64,000 nt of DNA, from the NCBI RefSeq assembly GCF_009914755.1, contig NC_060941.1, one strand, 5' to 3'. Numbering within the stretch: the first letter of the stretch is position 1; each line of letters opens with the position of its first letter. The translations under genes and the position numbers were made by a program. Below are positions 1-28,579 of this stretch, in pieces. Under the pieces are notes generated by a model. That model saw only the letters and a program-made list of their open reading frames with translations. It was not told where the DNA came from and did no database searches. The DNA is from the human T2T-CHM13v2.0 reference genome, Homo sapiens.

Positions 1-77
1 GGACATGAACTCATCATTTTTTATGGCTGCATAGTATTCCATGGTGTATATGTGCCACATTTTCTTAATCCAGTCTA
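1..77 (-). mobile_element. L1PA 3' fragment (continues left of the window)
   Basis: GGACATGAACTCATCATTTTTTATGGCTGCATAGTATTCCATGGTGTATATGTGCCACATTTTC is the L1 ORF2-end/3' UTR sequence in reverse. Confidence 0.9.
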
Positions 78-1375
78 CACCAGAAACAGTTTCTATTGAG
101 AAAATGGATTTTAATAGAAAATTCTCATTTAAAATTTGGGCAGATATCTGTATTGTTGAGTTAACCAAATGAGAAGAGAAAAATCCTTACAACGTAGCTT
201 GTCATTTGCCTGACTTGATGCAGACTGCTTTGCTTAGTAATCATGCAGCACTATCAAGACTGTGTACATAATGTCAGGATCCATCTACATAAGATGTAGT
301 ATGGACTGATGCCAAGTGAGCCTGGGGTGGAAATCAGAACTGGATGCAAATCCTGATGTTATCCGAGAACAGGCACCTGTTACATAGGCTGTGTTACTGT
401 GGCAAAGGTAATGGTAAAACACAGACTGGCCAGAAGCATTGTGTACAATGAGACCTTGCAACTTTGTGTATATTAGTATGTGGGGGGATGTGAATTATTA
501 AAGACATTTAAAACTGACTGAATCAGCAACCTCTAATCTATAAAAAAAAATTCCAGACGTCCAGCCGGGCACGTTCTCGTGCCTATAATCTTAGTGCTTT
601 GGGAAGCTGAGGCAGGAGGATCACTTGAGGCCAGGAGTTTGAGACCAGCTTGGGCAACATAGTGAGACCCCTGTCTCTACAATAAAAGTAAACAACTTAG
701 CTGGGCATAATGGCATGTGCCTGTAGTCCCAGCTACTCAAGAGGTGGAGATGGGAGGATCACTTGAGCCCAGGAGTTTGAGGCTGCAGTCAGCCGTGACT
801 GCACCACCATACTCCAGCCTGGGTGACAGAGCGAGATCTTGTCTTAAAACAAAACAAAACAAAACCCAGACTTCCTATAATTCCTAAAAATAAATGTGGG
901 TTTGAGAGGCCTACCTTGAAATGTACAAGATCCTGGCCAGACTTCACCTATCTAACAATATGCTAGTAACTATTTGTTGACATGTCTTAAAGAAATGTTC
1001 ATCAGGGCCTCAGAAAGCAAGGCAGAGAACAGGTCCCTGAAATTTACTAGCTTGCACCAAACCATCAGATAAAGATAGGTTAATATTTGACAGAAAAAAC
1101 TCTTCAAAAAGAGACAGTGAAATACTCTTGAGATGAATCCAGGTATTAAAAAGTTCAGGAAAAAAAATTGTCTCTGGAAAAAAAAAGAATCAAGGAGAGA
1201 CCAGGTGCGGTGGCTCATACCTGTAATCCCAGCACTTTGGGAGGCCAAAGCAGGAAGGTCACTTGAGCCCAGGAGTTTGAGACCAGCCTTGGGCAACATA
1301 GTGAGACCCCATCTCTAAAATTATGTAAATAAAAATATAAAAATAAAAAAGAGAAAGCAAATAACCCCAAAATAA

Positions 1376-1843
<468 letters not shown>

Positions 1844-2005
1844 TAACTATTTTAATATTAAGTTAAAAATAGTACGGACCAGGCACAGTGGCTCATGCCT
1901 GTAATCCCAGCACTATGAGAGGTTGAGGTGGGCTGATCACGAGGTCAGGAGTTTGAGACCAGCCTGGCCAACATGGTGAAACCCCATCTCTACTAAAAAT
2001 ATTTA

Positions 2006-2122
<117 letters not shown>

Positions 2123-2190
2123 TCACTGCACTTCACTTCACTCACTGCACTGCACTTCAGCCTGGGTGATAAGAGCGAAACTCCGTCTCA

Positions 2191-2361
<171 letters not shown>

Positions 2362-2364
2362 TCA

Positions 2365-2577
<213 letters not shown>

Positions 2578-3045
2578 CTACAAAAAACAATTTTTTTAAT
2601 TAGCTGCGTGTGCTGGTGCACACCTGTAGAGAGGCTGAGACAGGAGGATCACTTGGGCCCAGGAGTTTGAGGTTACAGTGAGCTATAACTGTATTATGCC
2701 ACTGCACTCCAGCCTGGGTGACAGAGCAAGACCCTGTCTCTAAAAAAACAAAATAAAAAATAATTTATGGTATATTTCAGAATAGCTAGAAAAGAATTGT
2801 AATGTTTCTAGCACAATGTTTGTGGTAATGGATATCCCAATTACCCTGATTTGATCATTATACATTGCATACAGGTGTCAAAATATCACATGTACCCCAA
2901 AAATATGTACAACTATGATGTATCAATTTAAAAAAGGAAAACATTCCAAACATCTCTCCCTCTATGTGTATATACAGATAGGAAGACGGATGGAGAGATG
3001 AATGAACAATAAAATATATAAAGGAAATCATACATGATACATTTT

Positions 3046-3812
<767 letters not shown>

Positions 3813-4803
3813 CTTACATGATAATTTTTAACAAAAATAATATTTTATTGGTGGTCATCTGAGTACATTTTGCAGTTTTCCTCCTTTTCTCCAAACTCTA
3901 GAAATGACAGGAAGAAAGAATTTAATGTATTCATAGAAGCATTTGAAAACAAGACGAATTCTCTTATGAGAAATTCTCTACTAAAATTAGATGGGAGTGA
4001 ATTGAAGAGGGTAATGGCAGTCCAGTGTATATGTGGGAACTCAACTCATAGTACTACCTCAAGAAGTGGGAGCTCTATTCTCACATTGCCGGTAGTGGAA
4101 ACTGGAAGCAAGATGAAGACTCATTATGGGAGCTGGTACAGTGCAGACCCATTCTCCCTGTACCCACCCTGGCCTCCCATCTGTAAGTCATGCATCTGCA
4201 ACAACTATCTCCAGACAGGAGCAGCGTCTCAGAGGTAGAGCAATGCCTCAAGTGGCTGACAATACCAGGGAGAAATAAGGAGCGCTTAAGCCTGGAAAAC
4301 TAGCTGTGGAGGCGTCTTTTCTTGTATCATACTCTACACATCTTCCAGTCTTACTGAAAAACACATGGAGTGTAAGTTCCAACAATCAAATCTGTACCTC
4401 CTTCAACTACACCCTAACTCCAAGGCCAGTTACTTTCTCAAGTCAAGAAAGTTTCATTCTAATAGGAATCTCAGTGGAAAAAACTGCACTTATGGTAAAG
4501 AATTTTCACATACTTGAGTACTCTTTGAAACAGAGTTTAAAGAAAACATCTTCACTTGAGGAAACAGCTAACAGAATTGGAACAGACCTTTAGAAATAGC
4601 ATAATACTGTCAGCTGGGTGCAGTGGGTCACGCCTGTAATCCCAGCACTTTGGGAAGCCGAGGCAGATGGATCACCTGAGGTTAGGAGTTCATGACCAGC
4701 CTGGCCAACATGGTGAAACCCCTTCTCTACTAAAATTACAAAAAAAAAAAAAAAAAAAATTTAGCCGGGCGTGGTGGTGGGCACCTGTAATCCCAGCTAC
4801 TCA

Positions 4804-4908
<105 letters not shown>

Positions 4909-5614
4909 TCAAAAAAGAGAAGAAAAGAAAAAGCATAATACTGTCAAAGAGATGCACAGATATTGTATCCATGAAGCAAGAATGGGCGTTATAAAAAAAA
5001 GGAACCAAATTGGAGATCTTGAAAATGAAAAATGTAATTTTTAAAATAAAATAATAAATGCTGATTACAAAGTGGATACACTGAAGAGTGAATTAGTGAG
5101 CTAGATGTTTGGACAGGGAAATTCTCCCAGAATGCAGTAGGAAAGGAAAGGAGAAGGATGGACATACGAAGGAAAATTTAGGAGACATGGAGGGAAGATC
5201 CAGAAATGCTAACATCAGTCTAATAGGAGTGCTAGACATTGCAGAAAAAGGAGGGGAGATATGGACAGTGTTCCTTGTTACTTCTGCAACTGTCATTCTG
5301 TAACCCCTCTTCCTTGCTGGCCATCCTGTCTCCCGCTATAGAGGCTGAAAATGTACACAAATTGCTTTTCCAGCCACCTTTGTAGCTGCTGCATGGATGG
5401 ATAACCCAGTCCCAATCAATGGGATCTGACAGGAATTCTGCTAGGCAATTTCTGTGAAAGGTACTTCTCCACAATACCAAGAGGAGCATAAGGAAAAACT
5501 GCTTTCCTGTGTTCGGATGTGCTATCTGGAGCTGCAGTGGCCATCCTGCAACCTGAAGGGAACAAAAGCCATTCTGAGAAGGCAGAACAGAAAGATGATT
5601 CTTGAATCCTCACA

Positions 5615-5645
<31 letters not shown>

Positions 5646-6623
5646 GAGACAAAGTCTCACTTTGTTGCCCAGGCTGGAGTGCAATGGCACAGGCAGCAAT
5701 GGCACAGTCTTGGCTCACTGCAACCTCTGCCGCCCGGGATCAAGAGAATCTCCTGCCTCAGCCTTCTGAGTAACTGGGATTACAGGCTTCTGCTGGCACG
5801 CCCAGCTAATTTGTGTATTTTTAGTAGAGACAGGGTTTCACCATATTGGCCAGGCTGGTCTCCAACTCCTGACCTCAAGTGATCCACTTGCCTCAGCCTC
5901 CCAAAGTGCTGGGATTACAGGCGTGAGCTGCCGCACCTGGCCATAATTTTGTTTTTTTAATAGAGACAGGGGTTTCACCATGTTGGCCAGGCTGGTCTCG
6001 AACTCTTGACCTCAAGTGATCCGCTTGCCTCGGCCTCCTAAAGTGTTGGGATTACAGGTGTGAGCCACGGCACCTGGCCCTCATATACTTTAGATATTTG
6101 ACAATGCAAATACCTTCTTCGATTCTCCTGTTACCTAGCAAATTTGTATATGTGATGTCTTTCATGGGTAGAAATAATTTTGATGTAATCAAATTTTTAT
6201 TTGTTTTTCTGTATGGTTTGTACTTTAGAAGTTTTAAAAATTTCTTCCTTGTCTCTAAATCAGAAAGTTCATCCTACATTTTATTCAGTTAACTTTATAG
6301 TTTTTCTTTCACATTTCACTCCTTACTTCATCTGGAATTCACCTTTATATATGTTAGGTCGCATTCTAGTTTTATTTTCCTCCATATAGTGAATCAGTTT
6401 TTCCAGCATCACCTAATAAATGATCTCTTCTTTCCCCATTGATTTGTGATGCTTTCTTTATTTTACATCAAGTTCCCATATAGAAATGAGTCCTTCTCTG
6501 AATTCTCTACTTTGTTCCGTTGGCATGTCGCACCGATGCCTTATCATTATGGCCTTGCAGTATGTCTTAATATTTGATAGAGCAAGCCTCCCTTTCTCCA
6601 TTTACACTAAAACAAAATTTTAA

Positions 6624-6755
<132 letters not shown>

Positions 6756-6871
6756 TAGCCTTACCCTTGTTTTTAAAGATTATCTAATCCACCAATGAAC
6801 CTTTCTCCTTCGTATACATTGTAGAATATTTTATTGTTTTATTTTATTTATTTGTTTGTTTTTTGAGATAG

Positions 6872-6970
<99 letters not shown>

Positions 6971-7315
6971 TGAATGTCTGGCACTATAGGCATGCACCAC
7001 CACACCTGGATAATTTTTGTATTTTTTGTAGAGATGGGTTTTTGCCATGTTGCCCAGGCTGTTCGCAAACTCTTGGGCTCAAGTGATCCTCCTGCCTTGG
7101 CCTCCCAAAGTGTTGGGATTGCAGGTGTGAATCACTGCGCCTGCCCATGAGGTATCTTTAATTCAAGCCTGATAGCAGCAGCTGCAGGGAGGCAAGAAAA
7201 TTGAACTGCTGTCTCTACCCAGAAATTTGATATAGTATTTATACTTTGGAGGGAAAATGAAAGGAAATGCATATGTAAGGTAATTGAGACCATTTATAAC
7301 TTAAATGATGAATAA

Positions 7316-8278
<963 letters not shown>

Positions 8279-8857
8279 AAAAACAGTAATTTTTAAAAAG
8301 GCTCAGCTTGGATTAATTACACACATATACCAAAGTTCAGCTATATGATGTTTATAAAAGACACGTGTAAAACAACATAGAAAACCTAAATATTAAGAAA
8401 TGAAAAATGATAACATCAGACAAATAGTAACCAAAGGACATTGGGAGTAGCAATTGAATACCAGACAAAATAGGATGTGAAAAAAAATTAAGGGAGCATT
8501 TTATTTTGATAAAAGGAAGAATCTACCTAAAATAAATTAGCAATCATAGAAATAGTCTCACACTATTAGTATTAAGGAAACATAAAACAACAAGATACTA
8601 TTGCACTTTTTTTTTTTTTTTAGCTACTTTGTTAACTGAAACTATTGCCCTTTAGATTGCCCAAAATGTCAAGTACGGGCAAAGATGTGGAGAAAATGAT
8701 AAGCTCTCACAACTCTTGAGATAGGGATAGGGTATATTGATATAGAGTCATTTGGAAGAGCAATTTGGCAGTATCTAATAAAATGAAAATGAATGCCTGG
8801 GTGCAGTGGCTTACGCTTGTAATCCCAGCACTTTGGGAGGCCGAGGCAGGCAGATCA

Positions 8858-9214
<357 letters not shown>

Positions 9215-9547
9215 TCAGTGTCCGTTAATAGAATGGATAAATAAATGCGGACTAATCATACAGTGGTATATACACAGTTAATAGGGATGAATTAACTCTA
9301 TATGCAGTTCACTCAACAATACAGAATGAAAAAAAGCAAGATGCAGTACAATATATTTGGTATGGTACCATTGTGTAAAGAAAAAAGCATTATTCACACA
9401 TAGCAATATTATATATCATTGCTGATAATAAATATCTATCTGTCTATATATCTCTAAATACCAAAAAAGCTAGATGGAAAAGGTTTTGCTCTGCATTGGA
9501 GGGATGGGAGTGGGAATGGTGTTTAAAGGGAATATTAGCTTTCTTTA

Positions 9548-9892
<345 letters not shown>

Positions 9893-11199
9893 TTATAATT
9901 CCTACTACTTTTTTTTTTTTTTTTTTTTGAGACAGAGTCTTGCTCTGTTGCCAAGGCTGGAGTGCAGTGGCACGATAATTCATTGCAGCCTTGAACTCCT
10001 GGGCTCAAGTAATCGTCCCACCTTGACCTCTCAAGTAGTTGGGACTACAGGCATAGCCACCATGCCTGGCTAATTTTTTTAAAAATTTTCCTTTTTTTAA
10101 AATTTTTTTTAAAAATTTTTTATTTTTTGTAGAAATGGAATCTTGCTATGTTGCTCAGGTTGGTCTTGAACTCTTGGCCTCCCCAAATGCTGGGATTACA
10201 GGTGACAGCCACTTTGCCCCACCTAATTCCAACTACTTCTTTCCCTTTAATGTTTTTTCTTGGAAATTGACAACTAAAAAAAAAAAAAAGGAAATTAAAG
10301 TAAAATGGAAGAAATGGTTAAACATTAGTAAATATTTTTCATCTAAGAGCTATTATTTCTCAGTCTATCTCTTCAAAGTTAAGAAAAAAGATATGAAAAT
10401 CACTAAGTAGTAGAATCATTATATGTTTTAGCTACATGTTTTATTATTGGACACTTTTGTTAACATCTTACTATGGAAAGATGAAGAAATTGAAGTTAAC
10501 ACTCAGCTTCCTATCTTCTCTCCTCATCCCATTGCTTTTGGTAGTTATATTATCTGTTGAGGTTTATAGCATTTACATTAGGTCCTGTGTAGTCTTAGTT
10601 CTATATTCAGGTGGAATCACTGCTCACCACCAGAAGTACTTTCCCATTACTGATTTATTTGTATTGATTAATTATTAAATTAGATTTTGTTTCTTTCTTT
10701 TTTTTTTTTTTTTTTTAGAAAAGCTCTTTGTCTTAAATTCCTTGGATTTTTTTCATGTTGAGACTATCTCTTTTTCTTATATTTGAACAACATCTTGACT
10801 GGGTATCATTTTCTTGGGCCACATTTTGTCTCTGAAATTTGTGGCATGTTTCATGTTTTTCTGGCATTGAACCTTGCCTCAGAGAGGTCTGAGATAAGTC
10901 CAATTCCCAACTCTGCTTCACCCCTTTTAGGCAACTTGCTTTATTGTCTGGTTGGTTGTGTTCAAGGAATTCTTTCTTTAACTTTAATGTTTAGTGACTT
11001 AACTGGGATAGAGATCAGTAGCTACCATGCTGTGTCAGTTTTTTTTTTTTTCTTGGAACATGGTGTGTTATTTCCATCTGTAACTAATTTCCTTATTTAT
11101 TAAAGAGAAATTTGAAAGATTATTTCTTTGAATAATTTTCTCATTTTCCTGTTTTATTCATAAAGTCCTTTACTTCAGGGACATTAGTTAACTTTATAA

Positions 11200-11472
<273 letters not shown>

Positions 11473-11772
11473 TAGTAGAGATGGGGGTTTCACCATATTA
11501 GCCAGGATGGCCTCAATCTCCTGACCTCGTGATCCGTCCACCTTGGCCTCCCAAAGTGCTGGGATTACAGGCATGAGCCACCGTGCCCAGCCCTCATCAT
11601 CTTTATTTTTAACCTTTGTGATATGTTCATGTGTTTCCTTAAGTTGTCTTATTTATTAGTTTTTTAATGATGCTGTTTTGATCCTGTCTGTTTCCTTGTC
11701 TCTTCAGTCTTCCTCTTCATCTCAAGTTGTCTTATCGTATTGTCTTTGGGCCTTTTTTAAAAAGAGAATTCA

Positions 11773-12231
<459 letters not shown>

Positions 12232-13052
12232 CTAAGCTGAAAACAGAGTTTTATTTATTTTTATTTATTTATTTTTTTGAGACAGGGTCTCACTCTGTAG
12301 ATCCTGTACAGAGGCTGTAGTGTAGTGGCACAGTCACGGCTCACTGCAGCCTTGACCTCCTGGGCTCAAGTGATCCTCCCACCTCACTCTCCTGAGTAGC
12401 TGGGACTACAGGCGCAAGCCACCATTCCCAGCTAATTTTTGTATTTTTTGTAGAGACAGGTTTTCGCCATGTTGCCTAGGTTGGTCTAGGACTGCTGGGC
12501 TCAAGCGATCTGCTTGCCTTGGCCTCCTAAAGTGCTGAGACTGCAGGCATGAGCCGCTGCACCCGGCCACTGAAAACAATAGTTTAATTTTTATTATATT
12601 TATAGATATTTTTCAGCAACCATACTTTTTATTTCCAAGATCTCTTTCTTGTTCTCTGCTTGTTCCTTTTCTATAGCAGACTATATTTTGTTAAACTGAT
12701 TAAATATATTCCTAAAAACTTTCTGAGTATACTTTCTGAAATTTGGAATTTCAAAATAGTTCCTTTCCATTAAATTCTGTTTGTTTACTTTGGTTCTGCT
12801 CTGTTTGCTTTGCTGTTTCATCAAATGTCTGGGAGTTCTTGGCTGTCCATTCCTATTTAAGAATATAGGCATGTAGTATGGACCATCTATACTGTCTTGT
12901 AGGTAATCTGTTTCTCTAGTATAGGCTCACTCCAGGATGGGTAAGCTGGCTTAGGTTTCTTTCTACAAGGGTGGTATATGTCAAGTGGTAGGCACAGAAT
13001 GCACAGAGAAGGAGCAGTCTGGGAGGTTAGGTCCTCTGAAATTCCAAGATGA

Positions 13053-13343
<291 letters not shown>

Positions 13344-14346
13344 TGATCCACCTGCCTCGGCCTCCCAAAGTGTTGGGATTACAGACTTGAGCCACCGCCC
13401 TCAGCCAGATCATTCTTTTTAATCTTTGCTTATCTGATGTGCAAAACAGTCAGAAGCTTTTATGATTAAGAAAGAATAAAATTAAATGGACTAACCATTT
13501 TTGAGAAACTAAAAAATGAACAACAAAATAAATGAAAGGAAAATAAAAATAAGTAAAGGCTGGGCGCGGTGGCTCACACCTGTAATCCCAGCACTTTGGG
13601 AGGCCAAGGCAGGTGGATCACGAGGTCAGGAGATCGAGACCATCCTGGCTAACAATGGTGAAACCCCATCTCTATTAAAAAATACAAAAAATTAGCCAGG
13701 CATGGTGGCGGGTGCCTGTAGTCCCAGCTACTCGGGAGGCTGAGGCAGGATAATGGCGTGAACCCAGGAAAAAAAAAAAGAGAAAGAAGTGAAGATCAGC
13801 TGGGTGTGGTGGCTCGTGCTTCCACTTTGGGAGGCTGAGGTGAGAGGATTGCTTGAGCTCAGGACTTTGAGGCCAGCTTGGGCAACACTGGGAGAAACAG
13901 CCTCTATAACAAAAAATAAATCAAAAAAATTAGCTGAGTGTGATGGTGCATACCTGCAGTCACAGCTACTTGGGAGGCTGAGGTGGGAGGATCGCTTGAG
14001 CCTGGGAGTTGGAAGTTGCAGTGAGCCAAGAACGCACCACCACACACTGCATTCCAGCTTGTGTGACAGACCAGGACCCTGTCTTGGAAAAAAAAAAACA
14101 ACAGTAAAGATTAAAGCAGAAATTAGTGAATAAAACCCAGAAAACAATCAAATTAATGACAAATCTAAGAACTTGTCTTTTAAAATAGCATTGAAATAGA
14201 AAAATCTCTATTAAGATAAATATAAAGAAGCAAATTAAATACAAAGAAGCATTAAATATATTGCATTAGTAATGAGACAAATGAATGTGATCAGATTTCA
14301 TGGAGGTTTAAAACATTCAAGATAATCTTTTAAATTTAATTTTTTA

Positions 14347-14793
<447 letters not shown>

Positions 14794-14938
14794 TTACAGG
14801 TGTGAGCCACCATGCCCAGCCTCAAGAGAATCTTGTGCTAATAATTCTGAAACTCATAATGAAATAAATATTTTAGGAAGGTGTATATTACCAAAATTTA
14901 GTCAAGAAGTAGGAAAAGTAACTGGACGCAGTGGCTTA

Positions 14939-15460
<522 letters not shown>

Positions 15461-16224
15461 CTAAGACTCTCCCTACTCCAACTAGAATTGGGCTGGTTCT
15501 ATAGAGTTTTATGGGCAAGCTCTAATTGTGATACTTTACTTCCTATCTGAATATTGCCACACCTCTAACAAAACATCCATAGTATTTACTTCTTTCTATT
15601 CAGTTCTCTGGTAAATTAGATAAGAAAAGGCAGATGTTGTAAACTTGTACTATCTATCTACCTACTCAACAGATGCTAATAGGTGTCAAGCCTTGCCCCA
15701 AGAGCTGGTAACAAAGATGAACGAAAGATCCACAACTTAAAAATATTAAGATATATTTATATCATTTATATCAAAGATATATTTATACCATTTCATTTGG
15801 GGGCAGCAAGTTCCTCTTTTATTATTATATCCCTGCTGGTGAGAAATAACCCCATTTGTATCTTATGGTGAATATGATCTCTGATTATGTTAAATACTTA
15901 GAAGGCCCGGCATGACGGCTCATGCCTGTAATTCCAGAACTTTGGGAGGCCAGGGCGGGCAGATAACCTGAGGTCAGGAGTTCAAAACCACCTGGCCAAC
16001 ATGGCGAAAATCCATCTCTACAAAAAATATGAAAATTAGCCAGGCGTAGTGGCACATGCCTATAATCCCAGCTACTCGTGAAGCTGAGGCAGGAGAATCC
16101 CTTGAACCCGGGAGGCAGAGGATGCAGTGAGCTGAGATCATGCCACTTGCACTCCAGCCTGGGTGATAGAGCGAGACTTCATCTAAAAAAAAAATAAAAA
16201 ATTGTGCACCTGTAGTCCCAGCTA

Positions 16225-16432
<208 letters not shown>

Positions 16433-16459
16433 TTAAGAGGAGGAAAAATCTAGTACTAG

Positions 16460-16664
<205 letters not shown>

Positions 16665-17874
16665 TAAAGGAATTGGTTTCAAGTTTTTACAATTGTGAAC
16701 TCCATCAATAAAAACGGGGGGGTATATATCCCCCATTATATGTATATCTGTTTATTCATAAATAATATTAATGTATCATATTTAATTTATATAAATTAAA
16801 TTATAAGTAATACTCCATGTGTTAAATTAATTATATATTAATTATAAAACGAATAAAATACATTTTAAAGTTAAAGATGAAAAATAATATTTTAAAATCA
16901 ATTTTTTTTTCTTTATTTTAGAGATGGGTTCTCACTATGTTGGCTAGATTTGTCTTGAACTGCTGACCTCAAGCAATCCTCCTGCCTCAGCCTCCCAAAG
17001 TTCTAGGATTACAGGTGCGAGCCACCATGCCCGGCTAATTTTGGTATTCTTAGTAGAGACAAGGTTTTGCCATGTTGGCCAGACTGGTCTCGAACTCCTG
17101 ATCTCAGGTGATCTGCCCTCCTTGGCCTCACAAAGCGCTGGGATTACAAGCGTGAGCCACCACACCTGGCCCATAATTGTCTTTCTAATTGAGTAGAATA
17201 TAGGGGCCAAGGACTTCACATTGTTTCTGTATTCCCAGTACCTAGATTAGTACCTGGAAAATAGTAGGGGCTCAATAAATATCTGATAAATGAATGAATA
17301 TTAAGAATGATAGGCTGGGCATGGTGGCTCACGCTTGTAATTCCAGCACTTTGGGAGGCTGAGTTGGGTGGATTACCCTCAGGAGTTCAAGACCAGCATG
17401 GCCAACATGGTGAAACCCCATCTGTACTAAAAATACAAAAATTAGCCAGGTGTGGTGGTCTGTGCCTGTACTCTCAGATACTCGGGAGGCTGAGGCGGGA
17501 GAATTGCTTGAACTTGGGAGGTAGAGGTTGGAGTGAGCCAAGATCATGCGACTGCACTGCAGCCTAGGTGACAAGAGTGAGACTTTGTCTCAGAAAAAAA
17601 AAAAAAAGGAAGGAAGGAAGAAAGAAAGAAAGAAAGATTGGCTGATACCAGGCAGGAGGATCTCTCAAGCCCAGGAGTTCAAGACCAGCCTGGGCAACAT
17701 AGTGAGACTTTAAAAACAAAAGAATGATAGGTTGGGCATGGTGGCTCACACCTATAATCCCAGAGCTTCGGGAGGCCAAGCTGGAAGGATCACTCGAGGC
17801 CAGGAGTAGTTCAAGACCAGTCTGGGCAACACATAGTGAGTCCCTGTGTTAAAAAGGCTGGGCACAGTGGCTTA

Positions 17875-20929
<3,055 letters not shown>

Positions 20930-21216
20930 TGATAATCTTGGGGCTTGGATTTTAAACCACACATAGGGAAAGAGACAAGAGCTTTAGCTTGGTCAACATG
21001 GAAATTGAAACTAAGATACCTATCTAAAGCCAGGATGCTCAAAGGGCTGTCCCTTCAATGAAAGAGGTAGCCAGGAAAAAAAAAAAAAAAAGCTATCCCC
21101 TGTATCCCCTGACACAGGCAGCCAACAAGGAAACATATTTGTTTCAGCCTGGGTAGAAAAATAAATAAAAATCTGCTCTGGTAAATTGTAACTTTATGAC
21201 TTTCTCATTTGGGAAT

Positions 21217-22580
<1,364 letters not shown>

Positions 22581-22990
22581 GGGATTAAATCATATTATCT
22601 TTGTAGTGGAGAAATTCCCCAAACTCTGTAAACTAACATCAATGTAGTCATGAACACATAATATTGAGATGTGATTGCAGAAGTGAACTCAACCCAGATC
22701 TCCTAGCAATAACAAAGATAAAACCCAGTTGAAGATGAGCTCATAATCCATAATTACAAATACAGGAGAAAACAATCCTGGAGGAGGGAGAGTCAGCAGA
22801 CACAACAAACTGCAGGACCAGGCTCCCATGAATAGCAATAATGATCAGATACAGATTAGAGACTTTGTTTTAAAGAATGAAAAACACAAAAGACGGAACC
22901 CAAAGCATAAGCAAATAATATGATACTTTGAAAAAAGTCAGCTTTAGAGAAGGACCAAACCAATCTTGTAAAAATTAAAAAATAGGTTTT

Positions 22991-25640
<2,650 letters not shown>

Positions 25641-25724
25641 TTAAGAAAATTCCTTGTAAGGTAGTATGGAGAGACAAGGAGATAGAAAATATAAAAGATA
25701 TGGAAAAGAGATGCAGATAGTTTT

Positions 25725-26003
25725 ACACAGTCCAATAGAAATATAATATGAGATACATACATGCATAATTTAAATTTTCTAGTACCAACCTAACAGAAAG
25801 TAAAAAGAAACACATGAAATTAATCCAAAATATTATTTCATTGTGTAATATAAAGTCACGAATAAATATTTTATATTCTTTTTTTCCTACTGTCTTTGAA
25901 ACCCAGTGTGTATTTTGCACTTATACCACACGCAGCTCAGTTTGGACTAGCTAGTGCTCAACAGCCATATGTGGCTAGTGACTATTATACTGGACAATGC
26001 AGA
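25725..26003. mobile_element. MER33/MER3-like DNA transposon
   Basis: GTCCAATAGAAATATAAT...GCCATATGTGGCTAGTG...TGGACAATGCAG signature. Confidence 0.7.
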
Positions 26004-26602
26004 TCTAACTTACATGTAATAAGATTTCCAAGATAGAAGGGAGACAGAGAAGGCAATATTTGAAGAGATAATGGCAGATAATTTTCCAGGATTACTGGGA
26101 GGCAGGAATCCTGAGATTCAGGAAAGCTGGTGCATCCTGATCAGGATGTAAATATTTTGTAGTGAAGCTGATAAAAGCTGAAAACAAAAAATTTGTTAAA
26201 ATTAACTACAGGGAAAAGATGGATTACCTACAAAGGAACTTCGATTAGACTGAAGACAGTCACCTTTAAAATGTTGACTGAAAAGTTACAATGTAGGAAT
26301 TTTATACCCACTTGAACTATCAATAAAGAGTGAGAGTAAAATAAAGTCAAAGACAAGGTTATCACTAACAGACTTTCACTAAAAGAGAACTGTAATACAA
26401 TTCAAATACGATAAGGTGTCTGGAGGTCTGGGGAGATGTGGCAGTATGTGAGAGAAGGGTTCCCCAAAAGAGATAAAAATATAATGTACATTTTCCTTGT
26501 TTTTTACTATTTTTCCCCCTCTCCAGAGCTCGAATGGTAATGAATGCATAGTTATGGAGTCAGCACTAGTGTAGAACTGCAAGCCTTAACTCCTTGTCAT
26601 AG

Positions 26603-27922
<1,320 letters not shown>

Positions 27923-28244
27923 ATAGGGTAGGAGAGAGAGGAGAAGGAGGAGCATATATGCTTGTATTGGCAGGATAGTACATCATAGTATTCCTCTATT
28001 TGCTCAACTTTGGGATACAAAATGTTTAGAAAGATCGGTGAACAATCAAGAGCTATATAGAAAAAAATTGTTTTGGAATATAGAGTAGCATAGGGAAAAT
28101 TAGGGCTGTGTAGCATGTTTGGGGGTGGCATGAGGACAGAAAGAAGCGTGACAGGGAGGGGAGGGAGACGAGACTGAGGGTGAGGAAGCTTAAGATGGGA
28201 ACTAGAACTGACAATTGATCACCACTCTATTACTATGAAAATTA

Positions 28245-28579
<335 letters not shown>

